Origin: Gekko japonicus
Lineage: Eukaryota
NCBI RefSeq assembly: GCF_001447785.1
Contig: NW_015164710.1
Span: forward strand, 124,281 to 188,280
DNA: 64,000 nucleotides
Direction of reading: 5' to 3'
The notes beneath the pieces are model-generated. The model had not been told where the DNA came from. It worked only from the letters and a program-made list of their open reading frames with translations, and searched no databases. Below, piece by piece: positions 11,475 to 23,162 of the stretch. Made by a program: the position numbers and the translations under genes. Numbering within the stretch: the stretch's first letter is position 1; the number at the start of each line of letters is the position of its first letter.

Positions 11475-11829
11475 GGGGCCGTGGTGGCTCAGAGGTTAAG
11501 ACACTGAGCTGCCGACCAGAAGGTCTGTAGCTTGGCAGTTCGAGACCCGAGTGTCGCGTGACGGAGTGAGCTTCCATCTCTGGCCCCAGCTCTTGCCAAC
11601 CTAGCAGTTTGAAAACAACAAATTGCAAGTAGATAAATAGGTAATGTTTCAATGGGAAGGCAACAGGATTCTGGGTGCCTCGGTGTTTAGTCATGCCAGC
11701 CACATGACCACGGAAACATCTTTGGACAGCGCTGACTCTTCGGCTTGGAAAAGGGGTACGAGCACCATCCCGTAGAGTTGGATATGACTAGCTTTCAAGC
11801 AAGGGAAACCTTTACCTTTACTTTACCTT
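11475..11829 (+). mobile_element. Sauria SINE, older subfamily
   Basis: Full head-to-(ACCTTT)n tail; approximate TSD TAATAATT(T/A)TAT. Confidence 0.92.
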
Positions 11830-12294
11830 TAATAATTATATAGCTTGAATGTATTATAATTGAAGTTCATGTAAACAATCCCCCTGCCCCTATGGTATTA
11901 AAATTAGGGTATTGCTACCATGGCACCCGAATTGGAACATTGCAGAAATTTCGGAGCAATAGAGATTCACATTGGCTGGCGAACACTTGCTGCTTAAACT
12001 GCTTCCATATGATGGATCAAAGCCTTCTTCTTAGGAAATGAATGAACTCCCCAAAGATCTGGGCTGTTCCTTAGATTTATAAGCTGCTTGTTCCTAGGGG
12101 TGGAGTCTGCCTGTTTCCTCTGGTAAGAAATATTAATATTTTACCCTTCTCAACTCTTAGGAAGTCAGGATTGGGGGAAAATATATTTCTAGGGTTCACT
12201 AAAATCAAATTCTACAAGCCTAGCCTAGGGTAGAGGACGAGGTAAAAAAAAATTACCTGACATGTGGATGCTTGCTTCAAACGTATTGGCTCCT

Positions 12295-12546
12295 TTTTTT
12301 GTATTTTTGCACTGTTTGTGTGTCCATGTGTGTGCATGTGTGCCCATGCCTGGAAGTCAAGGTGACCTCTGGCAACTCCTATTGGGGTCTGGAGGACGTT
12401 CAGAGAAGTAGCTTGATCGCCTGCCTCTGGCCTCTCGGCCCTGGGATTCTCTGGAGGTCTCCCATCCAAATACTAGCCAGGGTCAGCTCTGCTTAGCTTC
12501 CGAGATCTGATGAGATCGGGATTGCCTGGGCTATCCAGGTCAGGAC
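12295..12546 (-). mobile_element. 5S rRNA-derived SINE (tail type B)
   Basis: GGTCTCCCATCCAAATACTAGCCAGGG...CTGCTTAGCTTCCGAGATCTGATGAGATCGGG is antisense 5S-like sequence. Confidence 0.88.
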
Positions 12547-13642
12547 TAAGGCCTATTGTTCTTGATGCGAATGTTTTCATTATACTACGAAGCCAGACTT
12601 CCTAGTTAGGACATCAGGCACCAAAGTCTGATCCTACCTTATGCTGTTTCAGATGACACCAGTTTTTGCAAAACAGCAGAAGGGTACAGTAAACAGAACA
12701 GTGGCATAAGAGACAAAATTCCTTCATGGGGCATGTTTAATTTGTATAATATTTCTCATCTCTCCCCACCCCCCACCACAGTTTGGAGTATTTCTCTTAA
12801 ACAATGCTGCATCTCGCCTCCCCCATGGCTGCTTTTTATCCCCCTTGAAGATGAATTTTATTCATCTCCCATCGCGTGTGCTTTGAGCCTTGCTTCTGTT
12901 TTTAATACTTCTGTGGCTGTAACAGCAAGGCAGAGCCTCCTTCTCAGGACTTTGGCACTCTGTATGCTGGTTGCGGTGGCTTAGAAGCACTAGAAAGACT
13001 AGAAAGTTTGTGGGTGGGTGTGTGCTCATTGTGGGGTGGGGTGGGGGATAGAGAGGGAGGGAGGGAGGGATGGAGAACGTATGTGGTTGAAAAGTCAATA
13101 TTTACATTGCAAGTGACCCACTGCTGCCCACCCCCACACTGAAATAAATCACAAACAGCAGATGCCTGTGGCTTTTGCAACTGGATCTAAAAACCGAGCA
13201 GTTAACAGAAATGTCATTCATGAAACCAGAAACCCGGGTTGGAGCAAGGCTGCTTTTAACATTTTCTGTTCAGAGAGAGCAAGCATTTAAGAAGAGCTGT
13301 AGGTTTGAATAGTTAAAAACTTTATCACTAACTTTGGGGGGGGGGAGTGAGGCTTCTTCTTCTTTGTGAGTTCTTTGAATGGCACTTGCTTGCATGGTTT
13401 CCCATTCATTTTTTTTAAAAAAATTCAGCTCCTGTACATATTAGCCTTTCAGGAAATCTTTTGAGATTTGCCCAAGCATTGTGCATAACAAGATGCAGAA
13501 CTGGAAATTGCTAAATGACCCCGGACTGTACTCGCCCCCTCTCCGTCGCTAAAGTCAGTGCTACTAGCCATGGTACCTAAAGGGAACCTTCACATGCCGA
13601 GGCAGTGAACTTCTGAATACTCGCACTGGGAGTCAGCATCAA

Positions 13643-13845
13643 GGGAGAGGCTGTGGCTGAGTGGCAGAGCATCTGTTTGGCAAGCAGAAGGTCCCAGGTT
13701 CAATCCCTGGCCTTTCCATTTAAGAAAGGACCAGGCAGTAGGTGATGAGGAAGACCTCTGCTGGAGAGCCACTTCCGATCTGAGTAGACAATAATGACTT
13801 TGATAGACTGATGTTCTGATTCAGTATAAGGCAGCTTCATGTCTG
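13643..13845 (+). mobile_element. tRNA-derived SINE with CR1/L2-type tail (other copies ~61133-61345 + and ~57930-58550 -)
   Basis: Box A/B tRNA-like head GGCTGAGTGGCAGAGCATCTG...GGTTCAATCCCTGGC; tail CTGATTCAGTATAAGGCAGCTTCATGT; sits within a CR1-like 3' remnant. Confidence 0.78.
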
Positions 13846-15189
13846 TATGTATGCATGATATATGCATGTAAGGAAAGGATGCCTTGGCCTCTATGCCCTG
13901 TTTTTTGGACCTCTGGGCCGACTGGATGGAGAGACAGGGTGCTGGACTACTTTGAGTTGGTTTGATCCAGCAGGGCTCTTCTTAACTTCATATATTCTTT
14001 TAAAAATAAATGAAATGTAGTCTTTGATGCACTTCTTTGGCATCACCGAAATGGAACTCGGTCCAGCTCCTGTAAATTTAACACGTAGGCCGCATGTTGG
14101 GTATTACAAGTTGAAAACACTCAGTATATCTGGGGTTAAATGTTTGTTTATGTTACTCACAGGAAGTCACATGTTTCTCATGTAACCAATGTTCTTTAGA
14201 TATAGAATGCCCGGGAATTTTCTCCATGATCTAGGAATTTGATTGGGACTAAAGTGTCAAGGTGTATTACCATTTTATGGCTTCTCTTCCCATCTTTGTT
14301 TGGTGTTCTGAAGAACAAGAAGAGTAGCCATAATCACTCTTCTTCTGGTTTTGTCTTTGTAGAGTAAGGATGTAGCTGATTTTGCTCCGTTGTTATTTTC
14401 ATCCCAGTTACTCTTCCCATGCTAGAATTTAGTAAAAACTTAATATTTTAATCACACATGGACTCTCAGTCTGAATTATTTTACTCTGGCTCTGCTGGAC
14501 TATCTTATCTCTGCTAAATACCATTTTTCAATATCTCACTATCACCCAACACCGCATCCTTGCTAAGCAGTTATTTTGTTGCTTCTTGCTCTAGGACCTT
14601 CTGCTTCTTCTCTAGGGATATTGGCAGATGTTTGTTCATAACCCAGCCTCAGTATTCTCCGATTTCTGTTCTCAGTTCCCATATTCTCCTTTTTACTCAG
14701 CAGGCCCCTTCTCCTGGCAGACTTTCTTACCACGGCCTTTGTTATGGAGTCATCCCTGATGGCACCTGGTTTGGATATTCTGCCTTGCAGACATCCCAGG
14801 ATGCTGCATTGAGAACCACCATTTCAAACTATTGATTAGCTGCTCTCCCCTACCATTACCATGGCAACAACATGGTTCTTTCTGCCTTGACACCAAGTGG
14901 AGGGTCTTGTTGTGTCCATTTCAAAAGGGGTGGCTCTGACTCTCAGGCTAAAAGTACTGATTTTACAGAAGATAGATTGGTTTGTATGCTGCTGCTTCTT
15001 TTTGTTGTTGTTGTGGCTGGTGTGAGCCAAATTGCCTCCCTTTGTTTGTTTATTAATTATATTCAGTTTATTGGCTGTCCTTCCCTGCGAGCAGGGCTCA
15101 GGATGGCTTACATCAGAAATAAATACAATAGAATTCCATTAAACCAACATTAAAATACTTAAAAAACAGTAAAAAAATCCAAATACTTA

Positions 15190-15425
15190 CCCTGACCTGG
15201 ATAGCCCAGGCAAGCCCGATCTCGTCAGATCTTGGAAGCTAAGCAGGGTTGACTGTGGTTAGTACTTGGATGGGAGACTTCCTTGGAATGCCAAGTTGGG
15301 AGTACAGAGGCAGGCTTTATTCAGCCACCTCTCTGAATATCTTCCAGGCCCCCAGTAGAGGTCAGTCACTTGAGGTCAACATGACCCTGCGTCCAGGTGC
15401 AGACACAAACACACAAATACCAAGA
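15190..15425 (+). mobile_element. 5S rRNA-derived SINE (tail type B)
   Basis: GCCCGATCTCGTCAGATCTTGGAAGCTAAGCAGGGT...GGTTAGTACTTGGATGGGAGAC matches 5S rRNA including boxes A, IE and C. Confidence 0.9.
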
Positions 15426-16929
15426 AAATTTAACCCCCCCACACCAAAAACAGCACTAACTCCAAATTGATGGTAATTTCCAGCAGCCCCCTCTGTGGAG
15501 GGGATATGCAGGAATAAAAGGGGAAGTTGGAGTATGAGAGTGCCAAACCATCGCTGTCCTCAACCAAATGCCTGGTGGAACATCTCTGCCTTACAAGCGC
15601 ATGGATGTTCTCCGGCAGAGAGTAGGTAGAATAGCAAAGATTCTGGAGATTGGGCTGAGAGTCATGCCGTACCCTGAGAACTGTTCCACAGTGCAGCCCT
15701 TCTTGATTGCATTACTTCAGATTGCAGGAAGGGATGTTTCCCCTTGTCAGAAGCTCCCTGCCTTTAGAGATGTTTCATATCAAGAGTTCAGGATTATAGT
15801 CTAGCCTTCTTGACAATTCTCATTTTCTGTGTGCTTCTGATGGGGGACAACATTCATAAGATATTATGTCCTCAAACACAGTATGAGGTGGTATAGTCCT
15901 AGGAGAGGTGTGCCACTGTGATAGTACTGCATATGTAGTTTGATTTACAGTGTATTAAACTGTGGATTAGGTTACCTAAATTTGCTGCTGCTTGAAAATG
16001 ATTCCTTGGCCTGATTACATTTACTGTAAAAACACCTTTCTGGATGGGAGGGAGATCAAGGCATTGAGGTTTTCGTCTGAACTAAGTCTCTGGTTTCATA
16101 AACTTGACCTTGAATTTGCAGCAGCCGACCTGTTTGGATGGAATGAGTGGGTGTCCCGTGGCTCTAGACTTTATGTGGGCACAATCTGGAATTTGATTCC
16201 TTGCTCTCCGTTAGAGTGTTGACATTCTTCTTTGCGACTCTTGGGTTTTTAAGAACACATAAAAATGGCTTTGTCCTGACCAATGAGGGTCATCTCTGAA
16301 GAGATGGCGACTGAGAGATGGCGACTGAGATGTCACAGTGAATAAAAAGTACACACACACACACACACACCCCGGCTGAAAAGAAAGTTCTTTTTTTTTT
16401 CTTGGATGAGTTGCAAACTCTACAAGTGAATTTAAAAGAAAGGAACAATTGTGGGATAATGAGAAACGCCCCAAGTCTATCTGAACATTCAAGTCAAGAA
16501 GCAATATCTTGCAGAGGCTCAATTGAATGGGGGCTAGATTTCACATTTGAAGATCAAGAGGCTCTAAGCCGAAGGTATTTAAAAACTATTTTAAAAGGGC
16601 CTTTGGAAAATAAATAAAGAGCAATCTCATCTCTGGCTTTCTCCATGCTTAGAGTCCATTAAACAGCCTCTGCATCTTTCTGGCATTCATACCCATGAGA
16701 CGTGACTAAAATAATGTTGTTCACCCTTAGCAGTTCAGTCACATTTCCACTTGCTGTGCACTTCAGCTTGTCTCCTGAAAGAAATGAATACAATTATTAT
16801 AAAAGCCAACTAATTCTGAAGTGCACGGATATCCTTTTCCCCATATTATTTGTCTCCCTCCCACCACAAAAAAAGCTTAAATCTGTTACCATTTAGTATC
16901 CTAAATGCAGAAGTCCATAGGGTTGCTAA

Positions 16930-17135
16930 CAATGCTCCCTCTAAGCTGTGGAGTCTTGTGAGCAAAAATTCTACTTTGTGAGCTACTGGCATTAAAGTTG
17001 CATGCAACCGCTTTGGCTACTGCATAAATTAGTTTGCTCTGGAGCCATCCTTCCTGAGCTACAAAAAAAATGTGTGAGCCGGAGGCTAAAAAACTGTGAG
17101 CTAGCTCACACTAACTCAGGTTAGCGGGATCACTG
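16930..17135 (-). mobile_element. hAT-type MITE family A
   Basis: Perfect 8-bp TSD GTTGCTAA at 16922-16929 and 17136-17143. Confidence 0.93.
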
Positions 17136-17263
17136 GTTGCTAACCTCCCAGTGGACTTGGAAGACTCTTGGAATTACAGCTGTTCTCCAGACTACAGCAA
17201 TCAGTTCCTCTGGAGAAAATGGCTGCTTTGGAGGCAGGATTCTACAGCATTGCACTCCATTAA

Positions 17264-17613
17264 GGTAAAGGTAAAGGTTCCCTTGCTCGAAAGCCAGTCG
17301 AATTCCACTCAAGGGTTGCGGTGCTCATCTCCGTTTCAAAGCCGAAGAGCCAGCGCTGTCCGAAGACGTTTCCGTGGTCATGTGGCCGGCATGACTAAAC
17401 ACCAAGGCACACGGAACACTGTTACCTTCCCACCGAAGTGGTACCTATTTATCTACTTGCAATGTCTTGCTTTCGAACTGCTAGGTTGGCAGGAGCTGGA
17501 ACTAGAGATGGGAGCTCACTCCATCATGCGGCACCCGGGTCTCGAACTGCTGAACTACTGACCTTCCACAGCCTGCAGTTCAGCGTCTTAACCACTTGAG
17601 CCACCGCAGCTCC
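17264..17613 (-). mobile_element. Sauria SINE, full length
   Basis: TSD CTCCATTAA at 17255-17263 and 17622-17630, with 8 extra nt at the 5' end. Confidence 0.95.
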
Positions 17614-18152
17614 ATGGAGCTCTCCATTAAAGTCCCTCCCCAAATCTCACCCTCTCTATTCTCCTCCCTCTAATCTCTATAAATTTCCCAGGCTGGACTT
17701 GCTGGCGACCCTTGATGTCCACCACACAATTGTACAAATACAGTTCAGTGTCTAGTATGTTGGGGCTGGGAGTGGGAATTCAGGGCCAAACGAGATACAC
17801 CATACAGTCATGTATATCTTTCCTATAATTTTATTATTAAAACAAGGATGCTTCCTGTCACACATTTGTGACTTCAGCTTGCAACCTCCTGAGTTAGAAT
17901 TGTTATCTGTGACTTGAAAATTCCTGGAGATTTGGGGCGATGCTTACGGAGAGTGGAATTTGGGGAAGAAACTCAGTGAGAATATTATTCCATGCAGTAT
18001 ACCCTTTGACACTGCTGTTTCTTCCAGGGGAACTGATCTCTGGAGATCAGTTGTAATCCTGGGAGAACTTCAGGCCTCTTCTTGAGGTTGGGAAGCCTAT
18101 CCTGAGGCCACTTTTAGTATATTAAACAAGTCAGGGGGGAAAGGTACACGAA

Positions 18153-18289
18153 GGCTGCGGTCAGACGCACTAAATAATCCACTTTCAATCCACTTTAAGT
18201 GTACTTTCCAACTGGATTTTACTGCGCGAATTGGAAAGTGCATTGAAAGTGGATCGAAAGTGGATCATTTAGTGTGTGTGACCGCAGCC
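18153..18289. mobile_element. Palindromic MITE (Harbinger/PIF-like termini)
   Basis: GGCTGCGGTCAGACGCACTAAAT...ATTTAGTGTGTGTGACCGCAGCC; almost the whole element is an imperfect inverted repeat. Confidence 0.75.
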
Positions 18290-19071
18290 GTAGTGCACGC
18301 CAGATTTAGACTGGATCCAAGTCACTGCTGAATTCTGAAGCTTGCTGGGTGGCCTTGGGAGGTCACCCTTGTAACCCAGCCTACTTCACAAGCGGTGAGG
18401 ATTGCACATTATATTGAGCTCCTTGGAAGGAGGAATCTGGACAAATGTGAATGACAGAAATTGCGAGAAGTAGTAAAGAGGCATGCTATGTTTGGATGGT
18501 TTTGTGCTCTTTTTTTTTTTTTTTTGGCCAAATGTAGTCGACTAGGAAAGTAGATTCCTGGAAAGTACCAGAATAATAATACACTAATATGAGTTGGGAA
18601 ACACATTTTCCCAGCATTGCTTGTGATGGGATTCCTTTTCTTGTACATTTTTAGCTGCCCTGCAGTCCTGGTGCTCTGTTTGCAACACCTTTTTAGTGGA
18701 AAACTGGCCCAGTTTCAGCAACCAGACATACCCAAGTTTTCTGGCACCCAACTGTAAATTGCTTTGAGCTGTGGTACCTCCCTGCAGATTTAGGCAGGTA
18801 ATTGTTCTGCTTGTACTTAATATTTTTCTTTGCGTGCCCCTCCTTTAAAAAAGTATAAAATTGATTAACCTGTGCCTCTCTTTGGTGAGTTTGCAGTTCC
18901 GTAGCCATGATTAAGTGGTTTGGGGGCCACGTTGCTCCCTTACTGGGTTCAGTGCCTTGGATGAAAATAGGAAGCTGCGTTAATAGCTACTGGAATACAC
19001 TTCCATTTTGCAGCCTGTGAGGCACAAATTGAATGTCGCAAGGGAAGGGGAATAGGCAGAAGGGGCTGAGT

Positions 19072-19537
19072 GAGCCCCATAGCCAGGATTTCTTCCAGGG
19101 GGGCTGCCAGGGGTAACTAATAAATTATACTGCTGCAAGGGGTGGGGAGAGGAGGCAGGAAGGGGAAAGCAGGGGGAACAGGAGAAATTGAGCCCTAGGC
19201 CGCACTCTCCTGAGTCCCGCCTTCCCCACCCCCCTCCAGCATGAGGGCTGGCGGCCACTAATCGAGTCTGGAGCAACAAGGCCTGCTGCAGGGGCGGCGG
19301 TGGCAAGGGGTGGAGGCAGGCTGGGCTGGGCTGTAGGCGGTGCCATGGAGCGGGAGGACCAGGCCATGGTGCTCAGCCAGGAGAGGAGCCACCCTTTAAT
19401 CTGGCTCCCCGCAGCTGTCGGGGGAGGTGGGAGGGCTGTGGCACCTCCAGGTGTGTGTCCTCTGCTGCTGGGGTGGGGGCACTGCAGAATAGAAAGGGGA
19501 TAAAGTCCCATGCTCCCCACTGCTGGCTATGACCCTG
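19072..19537. mobile_element. GC-rich hAT-type non-autonomous element
   Basis: Termini ..CATAGCCAG / CTGGCTATGACCCTG; 8-bp TSD GGCTGAGT/GGATGAGT. Confidence 0.65.
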
Positions 19538-20223
19538 GGATGAGTTGAGGCTGGCTCTCTCTCTGCCTGGCAATCCTCCCATCCCTAGTAGGCATATGAC
19601 GCCATTTTGTCATGCAGCACTTCCAGGGCTGCACAGACACCTGTGTCTTGCCTATGTTGTGTGACATGATGGACAGAGCAGAAATCATAGGGTGTGCCTT
19701 GCTTTGCTTGGAACTCTTTCTGGTTGTTGGATCCCCAAGCATCGAGAATAAATCCACGTTTTGAAGAAAAGCAAAATTTATTTCAAAGCTTTGGAAAGAC
19801 ACTCAAACACGTTCTTTGTTAGAACTGACTACAAACGGTTAGGGCAAACAAGATAAAGGGAAACTCTGGCGCTCATACATGCCCCTGGGCTTGTCCATGG
19901 TGTAGTTGCCTCCTTTTGCTAACTTTATTTCAGTTGGGGCTAGCATTATTTAAATATTTAAATTATTTACTTAAATCTGCACAGGAAAAATGTCCAATTC
20001 AGATTTTCCTGGAAAACCCACATCACTTACTATATTGAAGTTAAACTTTTCATTTAGGAGTGAGGGTCGATGGAGGAGAGAGCGGGTTTAAGCCCCTCAG
20101 TCTCCACTGATAGAGGAAGGTTGGGGCAGGCTGGCTAACAGCATTGGATGCCTGGGTATTTTAGAGCGATGGTGGGGTGGGGGAGAAGGGAAGGTTGTGG
20201 AAGGAAGGGAAATGCTGCTTAAT

Positions 20224-21030
20224 GCTTCAGAGGGAACGAAAGTGCTCATGCCGTGTCAGACTGCGCAGCCAGACTGAAAAGTACAATACTCAGATTTGGG
20301 AGGGGGGTGTGTGTCTTTGATCCAAACTAATCCCAGTTTTTTTTAAAAAAACTATTTAAAATATGAAGGAGAGAGCCCCTAATGTTTTAAAAGATCCTGG
20401 ATAGAAGGGGTTCCAAGTACCTTGGGACCTAGGGATGCACATACTCAAGGCTTCAGAGGGAACGAAAGTGCTCATGCCGTGTCAGACTGCGCAGCCAGAC
20501 TGAAAAGTACAATACTCCGATTTGGGAGGGTGGGGTGTGTCTTTGATCCAAACTAATCCCATTTTTTAAAAAAAACCTATTTAAAATATGGAGAGAACCC
20601 GTAATGTTTTAAAAGATCCTGGATAGAAGGGGTTCCAAGTACCTTGGGACCTAGGTAAAGGTAAAGGTTCCCTTGCTCGCGAGGGTTTTGGCCCGGGAGA
20701 AGGACGGCTCGGGGGCGCAGCAAACGGGCGCAATCTCACCGCAACATCTGGGAAGTGGCGCGCACCTGTCCCCAATCCGTCCCTACCCCAAAAAACCCAC
20801 AGCAAAAAGGAACTACAGACAGAGGTGGTCTTACCTGAACTGCTGTGGCAAGCGCAGCTGTGGGATCGCCGGCGCATCCTTCTACTGGTGCATCCCCGGC
20901 TCCTGGCTGAACTGCGCATGCGCACGCATGCGCAGCCGGCTGCCTCGGTCTCCGACTGTGGCTTCCTCCCCGGCATCTGATCGTGCCGGGGAGCAACGGC
21001 GCTGCGGGGGACCTAGGGATGCGCATACTT
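20224..21030 (+). repeat. ~226-bp tandem duplication; second unit interrupted by the 20656-21007 insertion
   Basis: Unit 1 20224-20449; unit 2 starts at 20450 and resumes after 21007 with GGGACCTAGGGATGCGCATACT. Confidence 0.95.
20656..21007 (-). mobile_element. Chimeric retro-insertion: CpG-rich sequence joined to a 24-nt Sauria SINE 3' tail
   Basis: 10-bp TSD GGGACCTAGG (20646-20655, 21008-21017); 20656-20679 is identical to the tail end of the Sauria SINEs in this window; the remainder is unrelated to the SINE. Confidence 0.88.
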
Positions 21031-22495
21031 AGGGTTCTCAGGTGCACATCCCCTAACCTCCACTGTCCCCAAAACTATTCTATATATAGTGTGCGGCAGG
21101 CAATGGAAAATCAGCTCTGTTCAACTCTTTCCTTGAAAACCCCATGAGGGGTCGCTGTAAATCGGTTGTGACTCGATGGCACTTTTCACCACCACCCCAC
21201 CAGCTATCTTGACTCCCTTTTCTACTGCTACTGCTCAGAGCGACTTCTTTTGTGCACACAGGATCAGCTTTAAGAACAAGTCACTTCCAAACATATACCT
21301 TGGAATGCGGTAACAGACATGGGATGGTTAACAAGATGCTGTTAACCAGCACAGAGGGGCTCTTTATGCTGGTAATGGTATTCAGAGATGCCGTTCCACA
21401 AAATATTTCTCCCCATCTTATGAGCATGTTATATTTGTGATAGGGATCACTGGGTAGATATAAAGAAGAGGAGAGAGTAGCTTTGTCCCTTTCAGCTTTT
21501 AAAAGTACAGGACCGGGTTGGGAAAGTCCCAGAAACCTAAACGTTCAACGCTGGCACTGAAGACTTCAGAACATTTCAGCTCTGTGCATGGCTATTTGTC
21601 TATTAAATTCAGTGTCGACTGTTAGAAATTGGACACAGCCTGGGATTCCAAAATGCTATTCCAGACTCCCATCTTTGCAAACAGTCATTGATGTTCCCCT
21701 GTGGCTACATGTCATTTCCTGCATCACTCAGATGGTAGAATAACTTCTAGAACGATGAAGCTTTCAATCCAGATTTTTGTACATTCCCAAAGAGAAACTG
21801 GTGAAAGACCTAACCCTGAGGTATTTCTGGAGATTTTTTTTTTTTGGTCATGTGAACTCTCATAGCAAGAAAGGAAGGGGGCGCAGGGAAAAGACCATAA
21901 TGAATTCCGTATGGATTTATTCCTTCTCTGTACTTCAGGAACATCTGTTTTGCAAATCAACCTCATTCCTACCCATATTTATTGCTCGCGCTGTTTCCTT
22001 TACAAAAGACCAATTCCCCGCCCTCTGGTGGGGGTACTCCTTTATGCATCGTGCGTGTGGGAGAGGACAAGCAGACTACAGTAGCTCAGCGGAAGGTTCC
22101 TTGCTTGGCCCTGCCATCTTTAGGAATCCCCAACTGGCTGTCCAACCGGTAAATCAGTCGGCACTGGATTAGCTGTTGGGACAGTATTAGGAGGGGGGAG
22201 AGAGACTGGAATGGAGATGTTTGTGTTGCACTCTTCCCCTGGTTGGGGAACAGGGGTTTATGGGGGGCAGGATCCTGGAGTAGGGGCAGTGTTCATCTTG
22301 CCTCTAGGAACATCTGTTTTACAAATCACCCTCAATCTTAGCCATATTTACTGCCAGTGCTGTTTCCTTTGCAAATGTTAGAGCCAAGTATCCTCCCTCA
22401 GTTTTTCTGTCAAGAAAGAGTGGAGACAGAGAGAGAGAGAGAGACAGAGAGAGAGAGAGCTTGAGGTAAGGCAGAGCAAGTCTGTGTGAGATGTA

Positions 22496-22855
22496 AAGGT
22501 AAAGGTAAAGGTAAAGGTTCCCTTGCTCGAAAGCCAGTCGAATCCGACTCTAGGGTTGCGGTGCTCATCTCCGTTTCAAAGCCGAAGAGCCAGCGCTGTC
22601 CGAAGACGTTTCCGTGGTCATGTGGCCGGCATGACTAAACACCAAGGCGCACGGAACACTGTTACCTTCCCACTGAAGTGGTACCTATTTATCTACTTGC
22701 AATGTCTTGCTTTCGAACTGCTAGGTTGGCAGGAGCTGGAACTAGAGATGGGAGCTCACTCCATCATGCGGCACACTTGGGTTTCGAACTGCTGAACTAC
22801 CGACCTTCCACAGCCTGCAGTTCAGCGTCTTAACCACTTGAGCCACCGCAGCTCC
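22496..22855 (-). mobile_element. Sauria SINE, full length
   Basis: 13-bp TSD TGTGTGAGATGTA. Confidence 0.95.
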
Positions 22856-22960
22856 TGTGTGAGATGTAGCTAGGGTTAACTTCCTTCTTACTGGGCTTGA
22901 GTCTGTAAAACTGGGCATATTTGCAATTGGACCCATTTGAGGGGAAAAGACTAAGCTGGT

Positions 22961-23138
22961 TTGTTGTTGTTGTTCAGTCGCACAGTCGAGTCCGACTCTT
23001 CGCGACCCCATGGACCAGCTCCCGCCAGGCCTTCTGGTCTTCCGCCGTCCTCTGAAGTTGGCTCAATTTCATGTTCGTTGCATCTATGACACTGTCTAAC
23101 CATCTCACCCTTTGCCGTCCCCGTCTTCTTTGACCTTA
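22961..23138 (-). mobile_element. BovB (RTE) LINE 3' end fragment
   Basis: (CAA)n tail and GGGGTCGCGAAGAGTCGGACTCGACTG terminus on the minus strand; similar to 31216-31390. Confidence 0.9.
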
Positions 23139-23162
23139 CTCAACAGTAAGCCCCATTAAGAT

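Larger units (their letters stand above)
16918..17712 (+). mobile_element. TAGGGTTGC-type non-autonomous element with two nested insertions (related copies ~17877-18100, 39385-39535, 46228-46682)
   Basis: TAGGGTTGCTAACCTCC...CAGTTCCTCTGGAGAAAATGGCTGCTTTGGAGG...CTGGCGACCCT; interrupted by a family A MITE and a Sauria SINE. Confidence 0.7.

Noticed and set aside
14986-15028. Hydrophobic MLLLLFVVVVAG followed by GTGAGC as a possible LRP1 exon 1 signal peptide
   Set aside because: Built from (CTG)/(GTT) microsatellites; the good donor is phase 0 whereas exon 2 needs phase 1; no CpG island; too short.
15183-15191. ATACTTACC resembling the U1 snRNA 5' end at the head of a 5S SINE
   Set aside because: Present in only one copy; the TSD-defined family start (42117) is CCCTGA, so this is flanking coincidence.
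15190-15300. Functional 5S rRNA gene
   Set aside because: Lacks 5S nt 1-16 and the 3' end/terminator, has an inserted hairpin and a SINE tail, and occurs as dispersed copies with TSDs.
20673-21047. CpG-rich region as the LRP1 promoter or exon 1, or its ORFs as genes
   Set aside because: It is a TSD-bounded insertion, the splice donor is on the minus strand, and no signal peptide is encoded on the + strand.
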